Positions 10,501-18,044 are shown, numbered from the stretch's first letter. The stretch: DNA of 25,790 nt from Deltaproteobacteria bacterium (GCA_046583355.1 JAYGCM010000082.1:1-25790), one strand, 5' to 3'. Translations and numbers: made by a program. Notes: a model not told the origin generated them from the letters alone.

Positions 10501-10771
10501 TCATCGCCGCCGGTGTGAAGGTCGACTCGTCCGGTACGTCGGGGAGCGATTTGCGCCAGATCTCCCAGACCAATGTCGCCGGCAAGGGAAACTCGACATT
10601 CAGACAGATCCCCTGCGCATCGGCGAGCGCCAGCGAGAGCCAGCGCGCCATGCCCGTATTCGGCACAACGATCCGCTCCGGCGTAAAGGGATCGCTTAGC
10701 GGCGGCGCACAAATGCGTGCCAATTCCGGCACAAGCGCCTCAAGCCTATTGCTCTGGTGAATCGTCAGCAT
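7550..10771 (-). CDS. recC: Exodeoxyribonuclease V gamma subunit RecC (1073 aa)
   Basis: QSNRLEAL, GMARWL, FDQYLVYRP, NPLLSSMGGQGRDF, REVEALHD, SGIRWG, FCTLVPMRSVP, DDRYLFLEALLSAR, located in recC-recB-recD order. Confidence 0.97.
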   Translation of the reverse strand: MLTIHQSNRLEALVPELARICAPPLSDPFTPERIVVPNTGMARWLSLALADAQGICLNVEFPLPATLVWEIWRKSLPDVPDESTFTPAAMTWRLMELLEALDEGAAAPLLAYLEGGNDSRRFDLASRIAAAFDQYLVYRPEMVLGWEDGRYATDHGDEEWQAGLWRELTAGAGSRHRARLLKDFLGSGAAAAGLPERLSVFGLPALPPAIFQVLRAVALHAEVHIFLVNPCRGFWMETLPERSIARIAGDQDPAELYLDSGNPLLSSMGGQGRDFLAMVVDDDCVTADLFHEPVGDSLLASLQRDILDLARPGHAGEPQHEVAADDESLLVRGSYSRMREVEALHDHLLHLFDTHPDLDPSDVRVMMPTIDEYAPLIEAVFGAAPDNRRIPFAIADLRARTESPVIDAFLALLELPAGRYEAPSVLALLEIEAVRTRFGITQDDLPRLTEWVRTSGIRWGVDGASRERLGLPGDEENSWRFGLDRMMFGYAMAGDGRELFSGVLPVDGVEGTDARLMGELQRFAGAVTGLAGQLEGARPVAGWCDLLAKVGEEFFERPIAGEELDALRLALETIRDEAAVAGFVAPVSLDVVRAALEDKLGAPGAAWAFLSGRVTFCTLVPMRSVPAEVVCLLGLNDGEFPRSSRPPSFDLMVGDFKRGDRARRDDDRYLFLEALLSARRALYLSHVSRSPRDNSEAPPSLLLAELEDAVREAFVVAGTETPPKIRLEHRLQAFSPRYFAGEGPLFSYREDLAAALTRRATHPESKGFLAARLPEPDAEWRTISVARLARFFRSPAKYFLQERLGIRLDEAEASVPATESFGFDALEAWQLREDLLVRGLAGENVTETAVLMRAAGRLPHGHAGPVFVGDAAGSMEEFIVRVAAAEPAVAPRTVPIDLMLDGFRIVGEIEQVYGEERFAAFQGRKKGANFVLDERRLIEYWVEHLILSVAGVPVRTHCLAPGDDRWIEEEPDAREHLADLLAFYWEGLREPLAFFPRLAEKFFNSRVKEPMRQSRVDFANPRGGTWMFSPELKMIWPNPDEAIDERYEAHCRRIWGPLHHRLKKVKKKRKAKK

Positions 10772-10802
10772 CGGAAAACATCAGCCCCGCGGCGTGCCGG
10801 CG

Positions 10803-12329
10803 TCAGCGAAAACGGGTGAATAAGTAGATGGAAAGATTGCGGCGCTGCGTGGCGGTGAAGGGATAAAGCGGCATCGGCGGCTGCGGGGCCTGGAGGAATG
10901 CGTCCAAGCCTGCCCGGTCAAATTTCGCGCCGAGGGCGCCGAGCAGACGCGGCGGGCTGTTCTCCTCACCACGCAGATGGCAACTCGCGCAATCGCTATC
11001 CGTCCAAAGCGTCGCGCCGGCCGCAGCAGCGCGGATGATCTCATGGGTCGCGAGGCCGTCGAGTGGATTTGCCTGCGGCGCGGCCTTCGCGGCGGCTGCC
11101 GCTGGTCCTGCGACGCGGGCTTTGGGCGCCTCTCCGTAGGCTACGCGGTAGACCACCCCGGTATAATCGTCGGCGATATAGAGCGCGCCATCGCCCCCGA
11201 AGGCCAGCCCAACCGGCCGACCAACGACATCCTCATCGATCTCAAAGCCGGTCAGAAAAGGTTCCTGACGAATCACATCGTCTTCGCCGAAGAAGAGCGT
11301 CACGACCTCATAGCCCTGCTTTTTGCGCCGGTTCCAGGAACCATGCAGCGAAACAAAGGCGGCCCCTCGGTACTCGTCGGGGAAGACACCGCCGGGATCA
11401 AAAACAATCGCCAGCGGTGCCGTATGCGCCGGCAACTCATAGGCCGGAGGGATCGTCGCCGCGACTTTATCCGGTCGCAGGGCACCGAAATCCGGATCGG
11501 GAATCTGCGGCGGATTGGCATAGGGCCAACCGTAAAATCCACCCTTGACTACGAGGTTGACTTCCTCGGGGGGATAATCGTCGCCGAGCAGATCGCGGCC
11601 GTTCACGACCGCATAGAGGCCCTGGGTCGCCGGCCGCCAGGCGAAGTCCACCGCGTTGCGCAATCCGGTGGCGAAGATTTCCTCATGCGAGCCGTCGAGC
11701 TCATAGCGCACGATGGCCGCGCGACGCGGGTCTTCTTCTTCACAAACATTGCAGCTTGAGCCGATCGCTACATAGAGTTTCTCGTCGGGACCGATATGCA
11801 CGGTGCGGGTCCAATGGTTGCCGCCTTCGGGCAGGCCCGTGACAATCCGCTGCGGTGCCCCGACCCGGCGTGTAAGCGGATCGAAAGGAAGGCGTGCGAT
11901 CGCGCTTCCTTCGGCGACGTAGAGCAACCCATCGCGGTAGGCGATCCCATGCGGACGGTCGAGGCTGTCAATCAAAACGCGAACGCCGTCGCTCGCGCCG
12001 TCGCCGTCGCCGTCACGCTCGACCAGGTAAATCTCGCCACTACGGGGCGTACTGACCAGAAGATCGCCGGCCTCCGTCGCCAGCAACATGCGTGCGCCAG
12101 GCAGGCCGGTAGCCCAAGTCTCCAAGGCGAAGCCCTCGGGCAATTGCAGCCGCCCCTGAAGATCCGTGTCCGTCAGCGGGTCCCGGTCGGAACCGGGCAG
12201 GTTCGAGAAGTTGATGATGATGCCACCCGGCAAGGCGATATAACCGCAGGAGGCGACACCGATTACCAGGCCGGCAACAGCAAGCACTACCGCCATTGCA
12301 AAGAAACGAAACCAACGTCTACGACCCAT
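10803..12329 (-). CDS. PQQ-dependent sugar/sorbosone dehydrogenase-family beta-propeller fused to C-terminal monoheme cytochrome c (508 aa)
   Basis: GGNHWTR, LYVAIGSSCNVCEE, ATGLRNAV, GGFYGWPY, AHTAPL, HGSWNR, GRPV..DGALYIADD; DGDGDG Ca-binding-type loop; Ala-rich linker followed by CASCH and distal PPMP. N-terminal signal or anchor with possible lipobox VASC. AGAGG SD at 12336-12340. Confidence 0.9.
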   Translation of the reverse strand: MGRRRWFRFFAMAVVLAVAGLVIGVASCGYIALPGGIIINFSNLPGSDRDPLTDTDLQGRLQLPEGFALETWATGLPGARMLLATEAGDLLVSTPRSGEIYLVERDGDGDGASDGVRVLIDSLDRPHGIAYRDGLLYVAEGSAIARLPFDPLTRRVGAPQRIVTGLPEGGNHWTRTVHIGPDEKLYVAIGSSCNVCEEEDPRRAAIVRYELDGSHEEIFATGLRNAVDFAWRPATQGLYAVVNGRDLLGDDYPPEEVNLVVKGGFYGWPYANPPQIPDPDFGALRPDKVAATIPPAYELPAHTAPLAIVFDPGGVFPDEYRGAAFVSLHGSWNRRKKQGYEVVTLFFGEDDVIRQEPFLTGFEIDEDVVGRPVGLAFGGDGALYIADDYTGVVYRVAYGEAPKARVAGPAAAAAKAAPQANPLDGLATHEIIRAAAAGATLWTDSDCASCHLRGEENSPPRLLGALGAKFDRAGLDAFLQAPQPPMPLYPFTATQRRNLSIYLFTRFR

Positions 12330-12338
12330 GGGCAACCT

Positions 12339-12749
12339 CTATCTCATTTCATTGGCAGGAACGCCACGCGACGCGTCGAAAAGCGCGGCCAGTTTTTTCG
12401 GGGCGACCAGACGGTAGCTATCCTCGACCAGACCAGCCACCTCATTCCAGGACACACGGCCGTCCATCCACATACCAACCCAGCCATTGACTCCGACATA
12501 GGGCGGACAGAAAAAGCGCGTCGGCTCGTCGCCGACCAATGCCTCCTGAGCCCCGTCTTGAGCCTTGCACCAGAACGCCGGGCGGCCGTCTTTGCCTTCG
12601 CTGTAGATGACGAACATTTTCGCCTTCTTGGCGTCAACGCGAAAGGTTGGCGTCTTCCACGAGACCTTCTCGAAGGTCTCGGGCAACTCCAGGCAAAGCG
12701 CCCGCAGGCGCTCGACCGGCTGTAGCCGGGAGGAAGGTGCCTTACGCAT
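12339..12749 (-). CDS. MmcQ/YjbR-family DNA-binding protein (136 aa)
   Basis: RLRALCLELPETFEKVSWKTPTFRV...KMF, RFFCPPYVGVNGWVG and LVEDSYRLVAPKKL are characteristic of the family. Confidence 0.9.
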   Translation of the reverse strand: MRKAPSSRLQPVERLRALCLELPETFEKVSWKTPTFRVDAKKAKMFVIYSEGKDGRPAFWCKAQDGAQEALVGDEPTRFFCPPYVGVNGWVGMWMDGRVSWNEVAGLVEDSYRLVAPKKLAALFDASRGVPANEMR

Positions 12750-12820
12750 AGCCGATGGGAACCTAACACAGGTTACTCTGGAGGCGCGGCCGGAAAGCAG
12801 GCCTGCACCCCCAGGCGCTT

Positions 12821-12849
12821 TTGTGCCGCCTCCGAAGGGTCGGTATAGC
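12821..12849 (+). promoter_or_regulatory. Putative sigma70-type promoter for the acyl-CoA ligase gene (leaderless)
   Basis: TTGTGC (12821-12826), 17-nt spacer, TATAGC (12844-12849), then 6 nt to the ATG at 12856 with no SD. Confidence 0.55.
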
Positions 12850-12855
12850 GACCCC

Positions 12856-14517
12856 ATGCCAACCACCGAGGAAGCTGACGCGCAGGTCTACGGACCCGGA
12901 GCCCCCTTCGCGATGCAGCCCGAGGACGTGCTCGGAAGCCAGACCCTGGTTTTCAAGAACCGCCTGCCCTCCCTGCGCGCCATGCTGGAGGCGTCAGCAG
13001 CGCATGGCGAGAACGATTACCTCGTCTTCCCGGAGCGCCGTATATCCTACGCGCGCCACGCCGAACTGGTCGCTTCGGTCGCCCGGGGGCTGCAGAAGGA
13101 CTACGGCGTCGGCAAGGGCGACCGAGTCGCGATCCTCGCCGCCAATACGCCCGAATGGGTCCTCACCTTCTGGGCGACGATCAGCCTCGGCGCCATCGCC
13201 GTCGGCCTGAACGGCTGGTGGACGCGCGACGAGATTCTCTTCGGCTTGCGCGACTCGGAGCCGAAAGTCCTGGTCGCCGACGCGCGCCGCCTCGAGCGCC
13301 TGGACGATACCGCCCCCGGCATGCCGGTCATCGAGATGGAAACCGGCTTTGCCGCGCTCGAAGCAGCCGCCGGCAAAGCCACCCTGCCGGCCGTCGAGAT
13401 TGCCGAGGACGATCCGGCCCTCATTCTCTATACGAGCGGCACCACAGGCCAGCCCAAAGGCGCTGTCGTCAGCCACCGAAATATGATCGGATTCGTTGCG
13501 ATCAACTCCGCGAATGGCTTTCGCAATTTCCTGCTCCACCCGCCGGCAGCCGATAGCCTGCCGAATTGTATGTACGTCACCAACCCGCTCTTCCACGTCT
13601 CGGGCCTGCACGCGGCTGCCGTGATGGCGCTGGCCGCCGGGCTCAAGACCGTGTGGAATACCGGCCGTTTTGACGCCGAGCGCACCATGGCAACAATCGA
13701 GCGCGAGCGATGCACCAGCTGGGGCGCGATGAATACGGTGCTGCACCGCCTCATGGAGCATCCAAAATTTGCCGATTTCGATCTCTCTTCCCTGACCCAG
13801 GTAGGCGGCGGCGGTGCCCCCACGCCGCCAGAGTTGCAGCGCCGCATCCGTGCGGCCTTCCCGAGCCTCGCCAAAGGCAATCTCGGCCACGGCTACGGAA
13901 GCACAGAATCCGGCGCGCTTGCGACCATCATCGGCGGCGCCGAATGGGAGGAATTCCCGACCTCGGTTGGCCGGCCGATGCCGACCATCGAGATTCAGAT
14001 CCGCGACGACGAGGGCCGCGCCCTGCCCGAAGGAGAAGAAGGCGAGGTCTTTGTGCGCGGCCCGCTGGTCATGCTCGAGTATTGGCGACGCCCGGAGGAG
14101 ACGGCCGAAACCCTCGTCGAAGACCGCTGGCTGCGGATGGGCGATTGGGGCCACCTGGACGACGGGCGGCTCTTCCTCGCCTCGCGGCGACGCGACCTGA
14201 TCCTGCGCGCCTCCGAGAACGTCTACCCGGTCGAGATCGAAAACCGGATTGTCGAGCACCCGGCGGTCGACGAAACCGCGGTCGTCGGCGTGCCGCATGA
14301 AGAGCTTGGCCAAGAGGTCAAAGCCTTCGTCGTATGCAAGCCTGGCGGGAAGGTCTCGGCCGAGGAATTGACGGCATTCGTGGGCGAAAAGCTCGCCTAT
14401 TTCAAAGTCCCCGCACATTGGGAATTCCGCGACAAAGCCCTGCCCCGCAACGCCACCGGCAAGGTTCTCAAACAGGTCCTGACCGGGGAAGCCGAGAGCC
14501 GGTTCGTCGAGGAATGA
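12856..14517 (+). CDS. Class I adenylate-forming enzyme, long-chain fatty-acid--CoA ligase-like (553 aa)
   Basis: YTSGTTGQPKG (P-loop), PLFHVSG, GYGSTE, ENVYPVEIE, LPRNATGKVLK (catalytic Lys). Confidence 0.93.
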   Translation: MPTTEEADAQVYGPGAPFAMQPEDVLGSQTLVFKNRLPSLRAMLEASAAHGENDYLVFPERRISYARHAELVASVARGLQKDYGVGKGDRVAILAANTPEWVLTFWATISLGAIAVGLNGWWTRDEILFGLRDSEPKVLVADARRLERLDDTAPGMPVIEMETGFAALEAAAGKATLPAVEIAEDDPALILYTSGTTGQPKGAVVSHRNMIGFVAINSANGFRNFLLHPPAADSLPNCMYVTNPLFHVSGLHAAAVMALAAGLKTVWNTGRFDAERTMATIERERCTSWGAMNTVLHRLMEHPKFADFDLSSLTQVGGGGAPTPPELQRRIRAAFPSLAKGNLGHGYGSTESGALATIIGGAEWEEFPTSVGRPMPTIEIQIRDDEGRALPEGEEGEVFVRGPLVMLEYWRRPEETAETLVEDRWLRMGDWGHLDDGRLFLASRRRDLILRASENVYPVEIENRIVEHPAVDETAVVGVPHEELGQEVKAFVVCKPGGKVSAEELTAFVGEKLAYFKVPAHWEFRDKALPRNATGKVLKQVLTGEAESRFVEE

Positions 14518-15815
14518 TGCGCCAACTTACCCGCCCCGAGTCGATCGCCTGGCGACTCGACGCCAATGCGCGGCATCGGCGAAGCCAATTATTGGTGTTC
14601 CTTCTCGACCGCGCGCCCGATCGGCGCCGCCTGCGTGAGGGCCTCGCCTCTGCCGCCCGCGCTTGGGAACCCCTGCGCAGCATCTTGCGTGCGTCGGCCT
14701 GCGACCTCCTGCCCGCCGCCCTTGTCGCCGCACCCGAGTTCGCGCCCGCGGACCACCTATCCGATCTCAAAGCGCCCAGGGACGGACGCTATACATCCCT
14801 GCTGCACCAACTCGCCCCGATCCTCGGCGAACCTCTTGGCGGCGAAGGGCCACTCTGGAATGCACGCGTGGTCGAGGACCTCGATGACGGCGAGGCCGCC
14901 GTAATCTTCCATCTCCACCCTCTCGTTGCAGGAAATCTGGCATGGCTGGAATCCCTGCTCGACGTAGAACGCGCACCGGCAAGACAGCCCCTGCGGCTGG
15001 CCGAGCCAAAAACACAGCCGGGCTGGACCGCTCAACTCGGCTGGGGATTGCGCGCCGAGGCCATGCGTTTTGCGGCACGCGCGGGCCAGCGCCTGAGCGC
15101 ATTACCCGCTGCGCTGCGCGATCCCGGCCGGTCGCTCGATGAGTTCATACAAGAAATCCGCGGCACCTTGGAAGAACTTCTACCGCAGCACGAAAACCAC
15201 CCCACGCAGCCAGAAACGCCGCCCCACCTCGCTTCTTTCACTCTCCCCTGGGACGACCTCGTGGAATGCGCCCGTGTCGCCGGCTGCGAGACACTCGATA
15301 TCGTGCGCGCCGCGATCGGGCTCGGCCTGCTCGCGCGGGGCGACACACGGGTCATCGCCAGCCTGGAGGACACCGAATCGCCCTGGCTGCCGATCACCCT
15401 GGAACTCCCTCTGGATGCGGCCGGTGGCCGCTCGCTCCTGGAGAAGCTCCGCATGCGGCGCCAAAGCGCCGAGCGCCGGGCCGGCCGCACGCTGATGCCC
15501 GATATCGCTGAACTCCTCGACCGGCTGCCTTTGCCGCTCCTCGAATCGGCCCTTGCGGGACGGATCCATGGTGGCGACCTGCGCTGCGAGCAACCCGCCG
15601 GACTACCGGTCGACGCCTTTCTCGCCGGCGCTCATATCGATGCATTGCGCACCTTCACCGCGCCGCAAGGGCATCGGCTCGCCGCCTCGCTGGTTCGCTC
15701 GCTTGACGATGCCGCCATCGGCCTCAGCCTCGATGCGCTGGCCTTCCCGGACCCGATCGAAACCGTCGCGGCGATTCGCAAACGCTTCCAGTTATTGCTC
15801 GCCATCGCCGGCTGA
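14514..15815 (+). CDS. Wax ester synthase/diacylglycerol acyltransferase (WS/DGAT) homolog with degenerate active site (433 aa)
   Basis: LDRAPD, PLW..RVVEDLDDG.AAVI and C-terminal FLAGA.I...IGLSLD..AFPDP match the WS/DGAT layout. HHxxxDG reads HPLVAGN and SNVPG reads EQPAG. ATGA overlap with the ligase stop. Confidence 0.8.
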   Translation: MMRQLTRPESIAWRLDANARHRRSQLLVFLLDRAPDRRRLREGLASAARAWEPLRSILRASACDLLPAALVAAPEFAPADHLSDLKAPRDGRYTSLLHQLAPILGEPLGGEGPLWNARVVEDLDDGEAAVIFHLHPLVAGNLAWLESLLDVERAPARQPLRLAEPKTQPGWTAQLGWGLRAEAMRFAARAGQRLSALPAALRDPGRSLDEFIQEIRGTLEELLPQHENHPTQPETPPHLASFTLPWDDLVECARVAGCETLDIVRAAIGLGLLARGDTRVIASLEDTESPWLPITLELPLDAAGGRSLLEKLRMRRQSAERRAGRTLMPDIAELLDRLPLPLLESALAGRIHGGDLRCEQPAGLPVDAFLAGAHIDALRTFTAPQGHRLAASLVRSLDDAAIGLSLDALAFPDPIETVAAIRKRFQLLLAIAG

Positions 15816-15836
15816 GGCACGGCGAGTCGCCGCTTC

Positions 15837-16721
15837 TCACGCCGATACTTCCTTGCGCAAGCGCCCCGAAGCCCGAGCTGCTGCTTCGCTGAAGAAGACC
15901 GGCTCCACCCGCTCGATTCGGATGGCCGCCTGTGGCGGCACAGCACCGATACCGCAGAGCATTTCGAGTTCAACCGCAGAGAGCGAACCGAAATGGGCCA
16001 GCGCCTCGCTCGGAGTCGGGTCCGGCCGCGCCGCAAGCGGCTCCGCCGCCACGCCACGCAGCGCGTCTTCGTAATCTTCGTAGGGTTTCCAGCCCGGCAC
16101 GACCGCCCCGCCGAGCGGCCCGGCGACCAATACCGTCGGAACCGAATAACACCACCCGTCGACGCATTCGCGTGCACGGCCCTGCCCCGCGCCGATCTCC
16201 TCGAGCAGGCGGACCGCCACCGCCGGAGCCCGCGCCTCACGGTGATCGGCGCGCAACCGCCGCCCGACAACTTCCGACCCCAGATCCGCTACCAACATAT
16301 CGAGCCGCAGCCCCGCGACACCTCTCAATGCAGCCAGGACTTCGTCCTCGCCTTCAAGCAGGCACCCGTCGAGAAAGACCGCTTCACGCAACCGACGCAG
16401 AACCCGCTCGCCGACCCCTGCCCCCTGCAACTCGGCGGCCTTCACCGCTCGGCAGGCCGGCAGGCTCGAATCGAATTGCCCGCGGACGCCCTGGCGAAAG
16501 GGCATGGCCGTATGATGCGATACCTCGGCCCAGACCTCGGATGCCGACCCCATACCTTCGGCCGGCGCCGGCGCATGCTCCTCGAAGAGGCAGGCCATCA
16601 CGCGCCGCCAATCCAACTGCTCGCCAAAGCGCCACGCCAGCCGGCGCAGCTTGCCCTCGCTGCCCCAGGCCCATGCGCTCAAAGGGTCGGTATACTCGGT
16701 CAAGGTGAGTCCGGGGAGCAT
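15837..16721 (-). CDS. DsbA/FrnE/YjbH-like thioredoxin-fold protein without CxxC (294 aa)
   Basis: EYTDPLSAWAWGSE at the CxxC position, SSLPACRAVKAAELQG, LRRLREAVF, cis-Pro motif YSVPT, C-terminal extension. Confidence 0.85.
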   Translation of the reverse strand: MLPGLTLTEYTDPLSAWAWGSEGKLRRLAWRFGEQLDWRRVMACLFEEHAPAPAEGMGSASEVWAEVSHHTAMPFRQGVRGQFDSSLPACRAVKAAELQGAGVGERVLRRLREAVFLDGCLLEGEDEVLAALRGVAGLRLDMLVADLGSEVVGRRLRADHREARAPAVAVRLLEEIGAGQGRARECVDGWCYSVPTVLVAGPLGGAVVPGWKPYEDYEDALRGVAAEPLAARPDPTPSEALAHFGSLSAVELEMLCGIGAVPPQAAIRIERVEPVFFSEAAARASGRLRKEVSA

Positions 16722-16745
16722 CCACGCTACCCTACGATATACGCT
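16722..16745. promoter_or_regulatory. Putative bidirectional leaderless promoter with overlapping -10 hexamers
   Basis: Plus-strand TACGAT (16733-16738) and minus-strand TAGGGT (16734-16729) share the central TA, and each lies exactly 7 nt upstream of a divergent ATG. Confidence 0.55.
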
Positions 16746-17039
16746 ATGCCATTGGGAAGCACTTCAATCCGCTCGGCGGCGTTGCCCGCATTGCTGAGCG
16801 TCGCCGTCGCCGTCGCCGGCATCCTGGCCGGGTTCGCGCTCGGCGACCCAGACAGCCTGATTGCCTTCCACCAACGCTACGGCCTGGCAGCCACATTCGT
16901 CCTGATGCCCCTGCAAACGCTGATCTCCTTGTCGCTCTCGCCCGTGCCGAGCGACGTCATCGGCATTGCTCCGGTGGCGCTCCTCATCTCCGCCCTCGCC
17001 AACGGCCTGATCGACGCAGCCAGCTTCTTCCAAGAGTAG
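16746..17039 (+). CDS. Small hydrophobic membrane protein resembling an internally deleted TVP38/VTT (DedA-superfamily) protein (97 aa), possible pseudogene
   Basis: Hydrophobic segments throughout. YG..ATFVL..LQT...SPVPSDVI resembles the VTT N-terminal motif and IGIAPVALLISALANGL resembles the C-terminal motif. No core domain lies between them. Confidence 0.55.
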   Translation: MPLGSTSIRSAALPALLSVAVAVAGILAGFALGDPDSLIAFHQRYGLAATFVLMPLQTLISLSLSPVPSDVIGIAPVALLISALANGLIDAASFFQE

Positions 17040-17046
17040 GCTGACT

Positions 17047-17068
17047 GCCGAGCCTCTAGAGGTTCGGC
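17047..17068. terminator. Inverted repeat between convergent genes (possible bidirectional terminator)
   Basis: GCCGAGCCTC-TA-GAGGTTCGGC, a near-perfect 22-nt palindrome in the 33-bp gap between the stops at 17039 and 17073. No U-tract. Confidence 0.45.
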
Positions 17069-17072
17069 CGCT

Positions 17073-17957
17073 TCAACGATCTGCAAAATCTTCGTTTGTC
17101 AGGTCCGGCACTTGCCAGAATTGGACCAATACGCCATGCGCCGAGCGTGGCGACACGAAGGCTGTTTTATAGCCGTAGCCGAGGTCGGCTTCGTCTACGA
17201 TGCGCAGCCCATCGGCGCGCATCCGGTCGAGAATCGGATCGATGCGGTCGACATCGATCGAAAGATGATGGAAGCCCGGGCCACGTTTGGCGAGAAAGGG
17301 CACGATAAAGCTCGTGCCACTGGCATCCGAGATCAACTCGAATCGATACCCCGCAAGCTCGAATTGGCTGATATCGAAATCCCCCGCATAACCGCGGTGC
17401 GTGCCGCCGTCCCGCGTGACCGGAAAATGCTGCGCGAAGAATTTCTTGACCGGCTCGATTCCCGGAACCGCTGCGGCGAGGTGATCAAACACCATATTCG
17501 CATCCACCCCCGGCATCGCGACGATTCTCTCGGCCGCCGCCGGTCGCGCGGGCGGCGCATCGTCGGTCTCGCCGATCAGCAAAAACATTCCGGAGGCATC
17601 CTGTGGCCGCACACCAATGGCGCGCCGCGCGGTTGCCGAAGCGGGGACCTCCACGACCGTGAACCCGGCTTCCTCCAATGAGGCGGCGATGGGGGCGAGG
17701 TCAGCGGTGCGCAAGGCGAGATGGTGAATCCCCTCACCACGCCGCGCAAGGAAACGCTCGAGAAAACTCCCTGCGCGAGCGCTCTCGACCAGCGCCAACT
17801 TCACATGCCCGAGCTGGTAGAGACGCGCCCGCACCTCCCCATCCGCACCGGAACTGCTGCCACCGAGCGCGACCAGCGGGAGATAGCGCGAAAAAAACGC
17901 TTCGGCCTCGTCCAGAGACTGTACCGCGAGGCTGAAATGATCGACCCAGACCGACAT
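17073..17957 (-). CDS. Tandem-domain VOC protein, methylmalonyl-CoA epimerase/glyoxalase-like (294 aa)
   Basis: Two repeats: DHFSLAV...FLARRGEGIHHLAL and DHLAAAV...FLAKRGPGFHHLSI...AFVSPRSAHGVLVQF. AAGGAG SD upstream of ATG 17957. Confidence 0.88.
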   Translation of the reverse strand: MSVWVDHFSLAVQSLDEAEAFFSRYLPLVALGGSSSGADGEVRARLYQLGHVKLALVESARAGSFLERFLARRGEGIHHLALRTADLAPIAASLEEAGFTVVEVPASATARRAIGVRPQDASGMFLLIGETDDAPPARPAAAERIVAMPGVDANMVFDHLAAAVPGIEPVKKFFAQHFPVTRDGGTHRGYAGDFDISQFELAGYRFELISDASGTSFIVPFLAKRGPGFHHLSIDVDRIDPILDRMRADGLRIVDEADLGYGYKTAFVSPRSAHGVLVQFWQVPDLTNEDFADR

Positions 17958-18044
17958 GATGTCTCCTTTAAACGGGAGCACGGCGGAATCCGCCAGCCAG
18001 CAGAGCGGGCGCCCACCTCTCCCCTTGCAGCGATCCCGCTCGCC

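Noticed and set aside
11997..12014. Short GCCGTC tandem repeats (also near 16800)
   Set aside because: Explained by the encoded peptides DGDGDG and VAVAVA, so not an independent repeat element.
13214..13221. E. coli Chi octamer GCTGGTGG near recBCD
   Set aside because: One occurrence noticed, inside a coding sequence (G-W-W codons). This is expected by chance, and Chi sequences are lineage-specific.
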